This document shows positions 9,233 through 18,844 of a stretch of 64,000 nucleotides of DNA, in pieces. A program made the translations under genes and the position numbers. The stretch lies in assembly GCA_001781125.1 (NCBI GenBank), contig MFKT01000009.1, positions 126,840-190,839 of the forward strand. Reading direction: 5' to 3'. The number at the start of each line of letters is the position of its first letter. The stretch's first letter is position 1. The notes under the pieces are model-generated. The model searched no databases. It was not told the origin of the DNA and was given only the letters and a program-made list of their open reading frames with translations. This DNA is from Candidatus Kaiserbacteria bacterium RIFCSPHIGHO2_01_FULL_53_29. Lineage in GTDB: Bacteria; Patescibacteriota; Minisyncoccia; Phycocordibacterales; UBA2100.

Positions 9233-11000
9233 GCAGTTCTTTGGGACTGCCTGTTTCCATCACCCTGCCCTCGGAAAGCACAATGAGCGTGTCGGAGTCC
9301 ATTATCGTAGAGAGTCGGTGTGCGATTGCAATGATGGTAATGTTCCCCTTTAATTCTTCGATGACGCGTTTTATATGCGCCTCGGACTCATTATCGAGCG
9401 AGCTCGTGGCCTCATCGAGAATGAGGAGCTCCGGCTTGCGTGCGAGCGTGCGGGCGATAACGATGCGTTGTCGTTCTCCCGCAGAGATCATTATGCCACG
9501 GTCACCAACTTGCGTATCGAGCCCCTGCGGACTCTTCCGGATGAATTCATCGATGCGAGCCGATCGCGCTGCTTCCCATATGTCCTCATCAGAAATAGAT
9601 TCGTCGTAGAAACGGATATTATTTCGTATTGTATCCTGAATGAGAAAAAGATCCTGCGAAACATAGCCCACCTTCCTGCGCCACTCTGAAAGTACGACAC
9701 CCCGCGTATCGATGCCATCGAGTAGTATGGCGCCCAGAGATGGTTCCAGGAGCCGGAGCATCAGATCGACGCATGTCGTCTTCCCCGCGCCCGATGGTCC
9801 GACTATTCCCACCATACTGCCCTTCGGGATAGAGAATGACACATCGCGTAATACCAGTCTTTCGGCTTGGTAGGAAAAAGAAACGTTATCGAATGAAAGA
9901 GTCTCTCTGAAGGAGAAGGGCAGTGACCCCGACGTCTCTTCCTTCCACTCCTGCGCGCTGTTCTCAAGATTAATGACGCGTTCAAGGTGTGGAACGAGCT
10001 CGCTTATGTATTGAACATTCATCTGCAGCTGCTGGATATAGGTGAAGATGCGGTGGATGAGGTACAAAATGGCGGGAAGCGCTGCAAGACTAATGAACGG
10101 CGTCTTGAAGGCGAGAGCGAGAATTGCGGCAATATACATGATACCGATCGGAGCCATTGCCTGCGCGGAGATCTGTTGCAACATCTGTATGCGTGTAGAG
10201 AGTCTTTTTATATTGCTGAATAGTCCAAATCCGCGCTCTATCGCAGAGATCTCCACACCAAGGGCTTTCACGGTCTTAAGTCCGCCGACATGTTCCGTCA
10301 CGTGATGTGCGGTGTCACGAAAAAGGGAGGCACGCTCGCGCGAGAATGCGTGTACGCGATTCGTGAAAGGACGTAGGCTGATAAATACAATGGCCCCAAG
10401 GCCGAACGTCGTCAGTGTAATTGGTGCGGAGATTGAAAATGCCACAACGAGATACATCACAAGACTGGTAGCAACCGTTATGGAAAAGCTTATCTTTGAC
10501 AGAAGAGCAGTTGCCGCAGGAGTGTCTATCATGAGCGCGGTCTCGAGATTACCCAGTTTTTGCCGAAGGAGGTACGGCCATGAGGCGCGGAGAACTTTTT
10601 TGAATAATGTGGAGCGGGTCGAGCGCTCGTACTCTGTCGTGATGCCGATCTGTATGTAACTTAAGCCTAATGAGACGAGTGCCTTCCCTATGAAGAGTAC
10701 GACGATGAACGTGAGCAGGAACTTGGGCACGAAGGGTACGTGTATCCACGTGAAGAATCCTTGGATCGCGAGTGAGAGCATATCCGTAGCGGGATTGTGA
10801 AGACCGAGCACGAATGTGAGAAGCGGGATGACGGCATTGATGCCAATGCCTTCCAGAATGCCACCCACGAATCCGAGCACTGTGAGGATGAGTATTTGGC
10901 GTTTGTAGGGGCCATATGCACGCCGACCGAGGTGCACGATCGCTCCCAGAAGTCTGAATATGTTGGCAGTATTCGATTCTTCCATAAACGCCATAAACAT
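9183..11000 (-). CDS. ABC transporter, fused permease/ATPase (MsbA/PglK/Wzk-like lipid-linked glycan exporter)
   Basis: A six-helix transmembrane domain is followed by Walker A (GPSGAGKTT), the ABC signature (LSAGERQRIVIARTL) and Walker B (LILDEATSSLD). The probable start is MFMAFMEE at about 11000. Confidence 0.85.
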   Translation of the reverse strand: MFMAFMEESNTANIFRLLGAIVHLGRRAYGPYKRQILILTVLGFVGGILEGIGINAVIPLLTFVLGLHNPATDMLSLAIQGFFTWIHVPFVPKFLLTFIVVLFIGKALVSLGLSYIQIGITTEYERSTRSTLFKKVLRASWPYLLRQKLGNLETALMIDTPAATALLSKISFSITVATSLVMYLVVAFSISAPITLTTFGLGAIVFISLRPFTNRVHAFSRERASLFRDTAHHVTEHVGGLKTVKALGVEISAIERGFGLFSNIKRLSTRIQMLQQISAQAMAPIGIMYIAAILALAFKTPFISLAALPAILYLIHRIFTYIQQLQMNVQYISELVPHLERVINLENSAQEWKEETSGSLPFSFRETLSFDNVSFSYQAERLVLRDVSFSIPKGSMVGIVGPSGAGKTTCVDLMLRLLEPSLGAILLDGIDTRGVVLSEWRRKVGYVSQDLFLIQDTIRNNIRFYDESISDEDIWEAARSARIDEFIRKSPQGLDTQVGDRGIMISAGERQRIVIARTLARKPELLILDEATSSLDNESEAHIKRVIEELKGNITIIAIAHRLSTIMDSDTLIVLSEGRVMETGSPKELLANTGSYFYKVYTISQ

Positions 11001-12109
11001 TAGATCGCTACGCGCTCCAGTATCGCCTGCGCTCGAGCATGCCACGTGTACTTTTCCACGATAGCACGTGCACGCGATATCTTTTCTCTTGCCTCTACCT
11101 CGTGTGAGAGCACATAGCTAATGGCTCGCGCACAACTTTCAGCGTCATCCGGAGTAAACCAAAATGCGCTCGAATCGTCCAGTATTTCCCGAATACTAGG
11201 TACATCAGAAGCGACTATCGGGACCCCGGCCGCCATGTATTCGAAAAGTTTCAGCGGCGATGCATGCTCTCGCGATATCGCATGTTTGCCACTGTTGGGT
11301 AGGACCAGCACGTCGGCGCTCTTGAGAAAGCCCGGTACGAGCTCAAATGGTTGATACGGGACGATATGGATGTTTTTCCCCTTGTAGCGCAAATTTTCAA
11401 GCTCTTCTTCTGCGGCGCCCATGAACACTATCTGAACATCCGGAGAGACGAATTGAGCTGCCTCGAGAAGCGTATCGGTGCCCTTCCACTCGTAAAAGTG
11501 CCCTGTGTAGAGGACTATTCTCTTGTGCGGGTCGATGCCGAATTTTCCCCACATCGAACGATGAGCGTTTGCACGAGCAAAGACTTCCGGATCTACTCCG
11601 TCATGCGCGACAAGGATTTTTTCCTTTTCGATCCCAAGATTTACGAGCGCATCGCGCACACCCGCGCTTATCGCGACCAAGCCGCGCACTCTCTGGAGCG
11701 CGCGGCGCATCAAAAACCCAGCATTCGGAAGCGTATGCATTTCGAGGAACAGATTTCTCTTGGGAAGCACGAGTGCTACGAGGTATTCGCGTGTATAAAT
11801 CACATCGTCGTTCGAAAATCCAAGTTTTCGGAGTGCATACATATACGACACCGTATCGAGCACATATCGCACTCGTTCGAGCGTCCGACTCTTCCCCAAA
11901 AAATCGCTTGAAGGAGGTCTCGCTATCGTGAAGAGGGGCTTGATACCATAGTACACAAAAGGGTCATCTTTCAAGCCATGTTTCCTCTTGGGAACGACAA
12001 GGCGTACGACGTGGCCGAGCGTCGCCCACTCCTCACACAACTTCATAATGGCGTAGCCATTGGCTCGTGCCGAGGGGATCCGATTGCTGACGACGTATGA
12101 AATATTCAT
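11000..12109 (-). CDS. Glycosyltransferase family 4 (GT4)
   Basis: 369 aa. The C-terminal EYMAAGVPIVASDV matches the GT-B GT4 ExFGxxxxEA-type motif. Confidence 0.8.
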   Translation of the reverse strand: MNISYVVSNRIPSARANGYAIMKLCEEWATLGHVVRLVVPKRKHGLKDDPFVYYGIKPLFTIARPPSSDFLGKSRTLERVRYVLDTVSYMYALRKLGFSNDDVIYTREYLVALVLPKRNLFLEMHTLPNAGFLMRRALQRVRGLVAISAGVRDALVNLGIEKEKILVAHDGVDPEVFARANAHRSMWGKFGIDPHKRIVLYTGHFYEWKGTDTLLEAAQFVSPDVQIVFMGAAEEELENLRYKGKNIHIVPYQPFELVPGFLKSADVLVLPNSGKHAISREHASPLKLFEYMAAGVPIVASDVPSIREILDDSSAFWFTPDDAESCARAISYVLSHEVEAREKISRARAIVEKYTWHARAQAILERVAI

Positions 12110-14529
12110 GTTTGTCTGCGTTCTCGCCGCACTATCTCCTTATAAATATCATACACTTCCTCACCGAAAGGTTTCTTGTGTTCGATCGCGTGTCGCGCCG
12201 AGCGCCCCATGCGTTCTGCGGCATCACGGTTTTGGTAGAGATACTCGATCTTCGCTTTGATCGCATCAGGGTCCCGTATCGGGACTACGAATCCTGTTTT
12301 CCCGTCCTCTACTAATCCTGCCGCATTCTCGGTTGTAATGACGGGTAATCCGGAGGCCATGGCTTCCATGACGACGTGCGGATTTCCCTCGGTGAGTGAC
12401 GGAAGGACGAAGGCGGAGGCGCGACGGTAGTATTCCTCGGGATGCTGCGTTTTGCCGATCCACTGTATTGTGGGGTTCGCGCGAATGCTTGCATCATAAC
12501 GTCGTTTCAATTCCGCGGGTATTGCTCCGTATCCCCCCACCAGCACAAGTTCCGCGCCCGGCAGGTCTAAACCACTCCATGCTTCCAATAGGTAATGAAG
12601 TCCCTTGAGAGGAGTCGTGTAGGCCATGTATAAAACCTGAAATGTGCCGGAGGCCGATCCCGGTGTGAACCGATCGATGTTGGTATCTGGGGCAGCAACA
12701 AAGATGCGTTCGGCCGGATACCCCATCTGCATGTAGGATCGTTTCAGGAACTCGGATATTGCGATAATGTAATCGAAAGCTGCGGCGGCGCCTTCTTTTC
12801 TCATCACGCCCGCATACTCCCCCACTGGAATTTTGAGTATAGTGCACTCCTCGTCGTTGAGCTGTTTGTTTAAAGAATAGTAAGCGGTTTCAGCCAAGCC
12901 GACGACAATACTCCCACCTTTTTTTGCGACCGCGATGGTCTTTTCGAATTGCGCCGGGTAGAACAAGACTACATCTGCAGGTTGAAGCCGGAAAGATGCA
13001 AAAAAATCGAACAGGTCATCCGTTTGATCGCGTGAAAGTCCGATTCCGGATATTTTCTCTATTGCTCGCAGGGGATATCGGACAAACGCAGGAAACGCCG
13101 ATGCAATGTTCTGAAAATAGAAACTCTTGTGGACTTGGCAGATGATCTGCCTGAGTACACCATTCTTTGCGAACACGTCTATGACAGGCTGGATATCGAT
13201 CGTTTTGAGATTTTCTTTCTCGCCCAGATTCGCGAATGTAACGACCGACACGGTACGCCGCCTGCGCTCGATGACCTCTCTGAACCATTCCAATTTGATC
13301 TTGCTCGTCTCCTGTACATCATAGGGGGCAGAAAATCTTCTGCTTGCGTTACCCATACGCGTGCGCTCGACCGGTTTCATCAAGTAGATCGACAAAATGG
13401 CTTCCGTAAGCGCCGGTATATTACCTACCGGCACAAGGATGCCGTTCTCTCCCTTGTGGACAGCGCTTTTGAGCGCTCCGTGATCGTACACGACGATGGG
13501 AAGGCCGGCAGACATAGCTTCAAGCAGCGCCAGATCGAGCCCGCACGAGCGCGAGAGGTGCGAGAGATTCGCATAGAGATCGAGCGATGCATGCAATCGA
13601 ACGAGTTGCGATTCCGAAAAATTGCGGAAGAAAAATATCTTATCTTCGACTCCCTCTTCGCATGCAATGGTCTTCCACTTTTCGAGGTCGCCCGGACCAC
13701 CGCATATCGCGGCACCGATCTTGTATCCCTGCTTGTGCAATATCCCGACCGCCCGAATAAGATGATCGTGCCCCTTGCGCCACTCAAACGCACCCACTTG
13801 GCCGACCAAAAAGAGATCCCTCGGCAGTCCGAGTGAGTCCCGCAATTCCTCTTTCGTTTCTTGAAGCTTCACCTGGTACGCCTCATGGTCGCACGTGTCA
13901 TGGAAAACTCTCACCATATCCCTCGGCAGATACGTAAGCGCCCCGACCGCACAGTTGTCCATGCCGATAACCAGATCCGCCAGATTCAAGAATGGCTGCC
14001 AGAATTTCTTTTGCCCTTCTGCGCCGAGGTTTTTATTCACGCCCATATCTTGTGCGTGGATCTCCGCATACGGTTCATATACGATCGGCACGCCTCGTCT
14101 TTTAGCAACACTCGCGACCATGAACGTCTTTACGAGCGTTGCCTGACATGTGATGATATCGGGCTGAAACGTGCTAATGACCCTATCTATCCACACTCCA
14201 TATGCGGCGTACAACACGAGTTCCGTTGAAAATCCCGGATATCCTCGCCAATAACTCCTGAAAAGACCGAGGTACAATGCCGGATTGCGCAGAAAATATC
14301 GCAAAAAAAAGAAACCTTTTTTTAATGTATTCGGTTTGCTTTTGTATTCAAAAAAATAGTCCGCGTTCGCGCCGAGGTCGTCGGCATTTTCGGGACGATA
14401 CACCCACGTGATTGCGACTTCATGACCCATTTTTTTCCATGTGCGCGCGTAGAGGAGGGAGACCTTCGGAATACCCGCAAACGGCGGCGGCATACTCTGT
14501 CCGGTTGAGCCTGAGATAAGGATTCGCAT
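12106..14529 (-). CDS. Tandem two-domain GT4 glycosyltransferase (807 aa)
   Basis: It contains two GT4-like C-terminal domains: EAMSAGLPIVVYDHGAL and VMEAMASGLPVITTENAAGLVEDGKTGFVV. Confidence 0.75.
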   Translation of the reverse strand: MRILISGSTGQSMPPPFAGIPKVSLLYARTWKKMGHEVAITWVYRPENADDLGANADYFFEYKSKPNTLKKGFFFLRYFLRNPALYLGLFRSYWRGYPGFSTELVLYAAYGVWIDRVISTFQPDIITCQATLVKTFMVASVAKRRGVPIVYEPYAEIHAQDMGVNKNLGAEGQKKFWQPFLNLADLVIGMDNCAVGALTYLPRDMVRVFHDTCDHEAYQVKLQETKEELRDSLGLPRDLFLVGQVGAFEWRKGHDHLIRAVGILHKQGYKIGAAICGGPGDLEKWKTIACEEGVEDKIFFFRNFSESQLVRLHASLDLYANLSHLSRSCGLDLALLEAMSAGLPIVVYDHGALKSAVHKGENGILVPVGNIPALTEAILSIYLMKPVERTRMGNASRRFSAPYDVQETSKIKLEWFREVIERRRRTVSVVTFANLGEKENLKTIDIQPVIDVFAKNGVLRQIICQVHKSFYFQNIASAFPAFVRYPLRAIEKISGIGLSRDQTDDLFDFFASFRLQPADVVLFYPAQFEKTIAVAKKGGSIVVGLAETAYYSLNKQLNDEECTILKIPVGEYAGVMRKEGAAAAFDYIIAISEFLKRSYMQMGYPAERIFVAAPDTNIDRFTPGSASGTFQVLYMAYTTPLKGLHYLLEAWSGLDLPGAELVLVGGYGAIPAELKRRYDASIRANPTIQWIGKTQHPEEYYRRASAFVLPSLTEGNPHVVMEAMASGLPVITTENAAGLVEDGKTGFVVPIRDPDAIKAKIEYLYQNRDAAERMGRSARHAIEHKKPFGEEVYDIYKEIVRRERRQT

Positions 14530-14575
14530 ACGTTCCCAAAAACAATACTATTTCCGCAACCGATTTCCTAGGCCA

Positions 14576-15382
14576 TCAATTCTTACTCTTCAAAAGAAAC
14601 CCGCTTATGAGAGGGGTCTCAACTTCAGTCGTTTGGTATAGAGAGCCCCACAGGGGGGGGAACGTTTTCTTGGTTCTCAAATATCCCGCAAATACAAAGT
14701 GTTCTCCTTTGAGTCGTCGGATGAGTCGGTCAACGAACCGTGAGAGTAGTCCCCGCGCCGTTAGGCGGTTACAGACTATCAGGATATTCCTGATACCTGA
14801 ATCGTGCATGTTCTGGAACATTTCCCGCAGCTCGTTATTCGTGAACTCAATGTCCACATGATTCATGAGGACAAGTTGTTTGTCTGCAGACACTCCCTGG
14901 AGGGCAGGCGACCAATCTTTGTTTTTCATATCGAAAAGGCGTATGGAATCGCACTCAGTAAATACTTTTTTGAGAGTATCGACAGAATTTGGGGAGAAAT
15001 CCGAGCACGTCATCTGTAGATCAGGATTGGCTTTTTTGATCTGGTACTCAAGTCCTGCGCCACCGACACCGACGGAAAAAAGTGACGATATGCCACACTC
15101 ATTGAGAATACGGGATATTTCTTCCGCGCGCAGAGGCATTGCACCATCCTGTCCGTCTTTTTTTATTTTCGATTCAGCTGCTTTGAGCCATTCCTCTCTG
15201 CTTTCAGCAATGGAAAAGTGCGGATGATTCATCCGCAGGGCATCCCACGACTCCGCAGAGTAAAGCTCGCCGTCCTTCAAAAAAGCCGTTGCAGCACCAA
15301 AGACAGAATAGTGACGAATGGTGAGGGGAAATGGCAGAGAATTTATATAGTGCAGTATTTTCTTTGCCGGCATATATCCCAT
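14576..15382 (-). CDS. Putative methyltransferase-like protein
   Basis: 268 aa with a SAM-motif-I-like VGVGGAGLEYQI; the similarity is weak. Confidence 0.45.
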   Translation of the reverse strand: MGYMPAKKILHYINSLPFPLTIRHYSVFGAATAFLKDGELYSAESWDALRMNHPHFSIAESREEWLKAAESKIKKDGQDGAMPLRAEEISRILNECGISSLFSVGVGGAGLEYQIKKANPDLQMTCSDFSPNSVDTLKKVFTECDSIRLFDMKNKDWSPALQGVSADKQLVLMNHVDIEFTNNELREMFQNMHDSGIRNILIVCNRLTARGLLSRFVDRLIRRLKGEHFVFAGYLRTKKTFPPLWGSLYQTTEVETPLISGFLLKSKN

Positions 15383-16218
15383 TATTTCTTTTCAAGCAGG
15401 ATCCAGCTGTGATTAGCGCCGGGGTGTGCGATGTTAATAAGCATCGGGGCGACGAGGTCGACTTTGAAATTGTAACCGTATTTTTCCGCACAATCCTGTA
15501 TGGTTTCTTTTCTAAAAAAAGATATCCCCGGGTACACCCACTCGTTGAAATCAAGCTCCGTTCCCTTGTAACCCACATCGCCGTATGTGTTGCCCTCGGT
15601 AAAATGCAACGAAACGAGGATCTTTGAACCGGGCCCGACACAGGTGTCGATGTTTTTCAGAAACAGAGGCCATTGCCAATGAGCGGCATGGCTGAAGATC
15701 GAATGGCCGATGACGTAGTCGAATTTAGTCTTGAATTCAGAACCGTCAAATTCTGTGTTGTGTGCTATGCGTGGGCTTTTTTGTGAAGCTGTTTCTTTTA
15801 TCTGCGGAATTTTCAAAGAGTCTTCAACAAGCCATTTGTTCGGCTCAATGCCGAAGTAATTACCCGCATCGAGGTATTGCATGATTGGATAGCCGGCAAT
15901 AAGCGCTCCGCAACCGAGCTCAAAAACAGTGTCACTCGGTTTGCACCCGTGATACATGAGTATTGCCAGCTGCGCGGTCCCTTCTTCCGGATTAGTGCCC
16001 ACGTAGCGCACTGCGTCCCTCTCCGGTACGACCATCTGTTTAAAACCACGCGCGCGTTTCAGGCTCTGCCGGGCGGCTGCCTCATCCCTGATCGCTAATC
16101 CTGATTTTCTCCAAATAAAAAACCACTGGATCCTCCGCTTTGGTAGCACAATAATTTTATACGCCCACGGCCATTTCTTTTCTAGAAAATTTCCCACCGT
16201 CTGTTTGAACATCGACAT
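15382..16218 (-). CDS. Class I SAM-dependent methyltransferase
   Basis: VFELGCGALIAGY is motif I, and DYVIGHSIFSH is a motif II-like acidic stretch. Confidence 0.6.
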   Translation of the reverse strand: MSMFKQTVGNFLEKKWPWAYKIIVLPKRRIQWFFIWRKSGLAIRDEAAARQSLKRARGFKQMVVPERDAVRYVGTNPEEGTAQLAILMYHGCKPSDTVFELGCGALIAGYPIMQYLDAGNYFGIEPNKWLVEDSLKIPQIKETASQKSPRIAHNTEFDGSEFKTKFDYVIGHSIFSHAAHWQWPLFLKNIDTCVGPGSKILVSLHFTEGNTYGDVGYKGTELDFNEWVYPGISFFRKETIQDCAEKYGYNFKVDLVAPMLINIAHPGANHSWILLEKK

Positions 16219-16294
16219 ATACTAGCCCGAATCTTTCTATTTTGAAAACGAACCGCGGGAAATTGGCCGTTTACCCCTAGCCGCAGCGAGAAGG

Positions 16295-16346
16295 CCCTGT
16301 GCCTTTTTAACGGTTTGAGTGATTCCTCCGTTAAAAAAGCACAGGG
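16295..16346. promoter_or_regulatory. Imperfect 19-bp inverted repeat (CCCTGTGCCTTTTTAACGG / CCGTTAAAAAAGCACAGGG) with a 14-nt spacer in a divergent promoter region
   Basis: Read directly from the sequence: 18 of 19 positions are complementary. It lies between the minus-strand methyltransferase/GT operon (start 16218) and the plus-strand fdtA-like gene (start 16394). Confidence 0.35.
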
Positions 16347-16393
16347 CTTCGAGTCCTTTTTGACAAAAAGTGGAAATGGGGTAAGATTTTCGC

Positions 16394-16813
16394 GTGGCAA
16401 ATCCCCTCTACAAAATACTGACATTCCCGCTTTCCGATACGAAAAACGGTTTGCTGACGATGTTTCAAGCTACAGGCCCTGCATCGAAAAAAGTGCCGTT
16501 CCCGATCCGCAGAGTCCTCGCGATCACCGGTATGAAAGGAAAAGATCACCGCGGAGCTCACGCGCATTTTAAAACGAAACAGATCCTTGTCGCGCTCAGG
16601 GGCGGATGCACGGTAGAACTCGATGATGGAAAAAGAAAATCGCACGTGCGACTCAATAAACAAAACGAAGGGTTGCTGCTTTTTCCGCACGTGTGGCACG
16701 TCATGCGCGATTTCAAGCCAAACACCACACTTTTGGTCATTGCCGACACTGCGTATGACGAAAAAGACTACATCCGTCGTTACGCTCAATTTTCGCGGGT
16801 CGTTAAAAAATAA
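16394..16813 (+). CDS. WxcM-like cupin, dTDP-4-keto-6-deoxyglucose 3,4-ketoisomerase (FdtA-like)
   Basis: 139 aa. RGAHAHFKTKQILVALRGGCTVELDDG ... LLVIADTAYDEKDYIRRY is a WxcM/FdtA cupin signature. Confidence 0.7.
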   Translation: MANPLYKILTFPLSDTKNGLLTMFQATGPASKKVPFPIRRVLAITGMKGKDHRGAHAHFKTKQILVALRGGCTVELDDGKRKSHVRLNKQNEGLLLFPHVWHVMRDFKPNTTLLVIADTAYDEKDYIRRYAQFSRVVKK

Positions 16814-16815
16814 AT

Positions 16816-17910
16816 ATGCAGATTCCCTTTCATGATTTTAAAAAAGAGTATAGGGCTTTAAAAACAGATATCGACACGGCATTACGACGCGTACTCGAGT
16901 CTGGCCAGTACATTCTGGGCCGTGAGGTTGAGAACTTTGAAAAGAATTTCGCGAAATATCTCGGTGTCAAACACATTGTCGGTGTGGGAAACGGTATGGA
17001 GGCCCTACAGATCGCCCTCATGGAGCTCGACGTCAAAGAGGGCGACGAGGTCATCACAACACCGCTTTCGGCGGTTGCCACCGCGCTTGCGATCAAGGCT
17101 GTCGGAGCGCTACCTGTATTCGTCGACGTCGATGAATATCATCACATCGACGCCTCGCGCATTGAAGAGAGGATCACCGCGCGTACCAAAGCCATTCTGC
17201 CCGTGCACCTCTTTGGCCAATCGGTAGACTTGGCAAAGATCGGGGATATAGCGAAAAAACATTCGCTTGCTATCGTCGAGGACTGCGCACAGGCGCATGG
17301 CTCTCTGTACGCCGGGCGTCATGTCGGATCATTCGGCATCGGCTGCTGGAGTTTCTATCCGACAAAAAATCTCGGGACCTACGGCGATGCGGGTGCCTTG
17401 AGCACGAACGATCCCAAAGTGGCACAAAAGTTGCACATGATCCGGAATTACGGACAGAAAAATCGATACGAACATTCGATAGTGGGTCTCAATAGCCGGC
17501 TCGACGAGCTGCATGCGGCGATATTGTCGGTCAAGCTGAAGAAACTCGATGCAAACAACACACAGCGCGGCAGACTCGCAGAGATATATCGGAAAGAACT
17601 GCAGGTAATCCCCGAAATTCGCCCTCCGCGTACGCGGGAGGCGGCCAACCACATTTTCCACTTGTTCGTTATCGAAGCAGAACGAAGGGATGAGCTCCAG
17701 GCGTATCTGCAAAGAAAAGGAATCACAACGCTCGTACACTATCCGCTTGCCATCCACAAACAGGAAGCATTTCCCGAATGCAATACGCTCCATCTGCCCG
17801 TCGTCGAGAAGCGTGTCACTACGTTACTTTCGCTCCCGTGCAACCCCCAACTCTCCGAAACGGCGGTGCGTTTCATTTGCGCAAAGATCCGGTCATTCTA
17901 CGGACGATAG
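16816..17910 (+). CDS. DegT-family dTDP-3-amino-3,6-dideoxy-sugar transaminase (FdtB/QdtB-like)
   Basis: 364 aa with a PLP-enzyme fold. TPLSAVATALAI and SFYPTKNLGTYGDAG carry the Lys of the DegT motif. It is translationally coupled to the FdtA-like gene. Confidence 0.8.
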   Translation: MQIPFHDFKKEYRALKTDIDTALRRVLESGQYILGREVENFEKNFAKYLGVKHIVGVGNGMEALQIALMELDVKEGDEVITTPLSAVATALAIKAVGALPVFVDVDEYHHIDASRIEERITARTKAILPVHLFGQSVDLAKIGDIAKKHSLAIVEDCAQAHGSLYAGRHVGSFGIGCWSFYPTKNLGTYGDAGALSTNDPKVAQKLHMIRNYGQKNRYEHSIVGLNSRLDELHAAILSVKLKKLDANNTQRGRLAEIYRKELQVIPEIRPPRTREAANHIFHLFVIEAERRDELQAYLQRKGITTLVHYPLAIHKQEAFPECNTLHLPVVEKRVTTLLSLPCNPQLSETAVRFICAKIRSFYGR

Positions 17911-18831
17911 ATATTCGCGCAGGCCTTCGTCAAAAGTATAGAGCGGCTTCCATCCGAGCCCGCATATCCGTGTGTTGTCCGTTTGATATCTCATATCCAT
18001 GCCTGAGCGGTGCGAGGGGGTAGTCGGGACTTTCTTCCCAGTGACGTGCTCCGCTTTCTCGATCAATTCTCGAACAGTAAAACCGTCCCTCGTACCCACA
18101 TTGTAGACACCTTCCCCTTCGTGAAGAACGAGATCGACAACAGGAGCGATATCTTTTACATACAGGTACTCCCGATATCCCGCGCCCTCGTTATGCAGCG
18201 GTATCGGATCCCCTGTTTTCAGACTCAACTTGATACGCGCAAGAATTTTCTCCGGCTCCTGTCGCGGCCCGAAAATGTTACAGGGACGTATCTCAACCGT
18301 ACGACCCTTGAGAATTGGGTAAGTATTCTCATACGTGATGCGCATGAGGGAGCCGGCTGCCTTTGAGCACGAATACGGACTGCGGGGTGCCAACATTTCA
18401 TCTTCACGCATTGGGTGATCGCACTCGCCATATATTTCGTCAGTGGAGACATACATTATTTTCTTGAGATGCGGCAGGTGGCGGGCCGCCTCAAACGCAT
18501 GGATGGTACCCCGCGTATTTTTCTCCAGCGTACGGCGGGGCTCGCGGATAGAATAATCCACATCAGTGATCGCGGCGGCATGGATGATGTAATCGGGCTT
18601 TTCGGCAACGATGGCATCGACGACATCGAGGTTCGCCATGTGGGCATTCAAGTGAACGAACGACCCGTCGATGATCTCCGGATTGCTCCCTTTTGAAAGG
18701 TTATCTATCACGACGACATTCCACCCCTTTCGCACAAAGTATTCCGTGACGTGGGAAAAAATAAAACTTAACCCCCCGGTAATCAAGATCCTCGGGCCTT
18801 TTCTTTCTACTCGCTTGCGCCATCCGAACAT
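17893..18831 (-). CDS. NAD-dependent NDP-sugar 4,6-dehydratase/epimerase (RmlB-like, extended SDR)
   Basis: ILITGGLSFIFSHV is an atypical glycine-rich loop; YSCSKAAGS supplies YxxxK. It is the candidate supplier of the dTDP-4-keto-6-deoxyglucose substrate for FdtA/FdtB. Confidence 0.65.
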   Translation of the reverse strand: MFGWRKRVERKGPRILITGGLSFIFSHVTEYFVRKGWNVVVIDNLSKGSNPEIIDGSFVHLNAHMANLDVVDAIVAEKPDYIIHAAAITDVDYSIREPRRTLEKNTRGTIHAFEAARHLPHLKKIMYVSTDEIYGECDHPMREDEMLAPRSPYSCSKAAGSLMRITYENTYPILKGRTVEIRPCNIFGPRQEPEKILARIKLSLKTGDPIPLHNEGAGYREYLYVKDIAPVVDLVLHEGEGVYNVGTRDGFTVRELIEKAEHVTGKKVPTTPSHRSGMDMRYQTDNTRICGLGWKPLYTFDEGLREYLSSVE

Positions 18832-18844
18832 AGATCAAAGAGTA

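Noticed and set aside
13129-13836. 235-aa plus-strand ORF
   Set aside because: Antisense to the middle of the 807-aa double-GT4 gene; it has no motifs.
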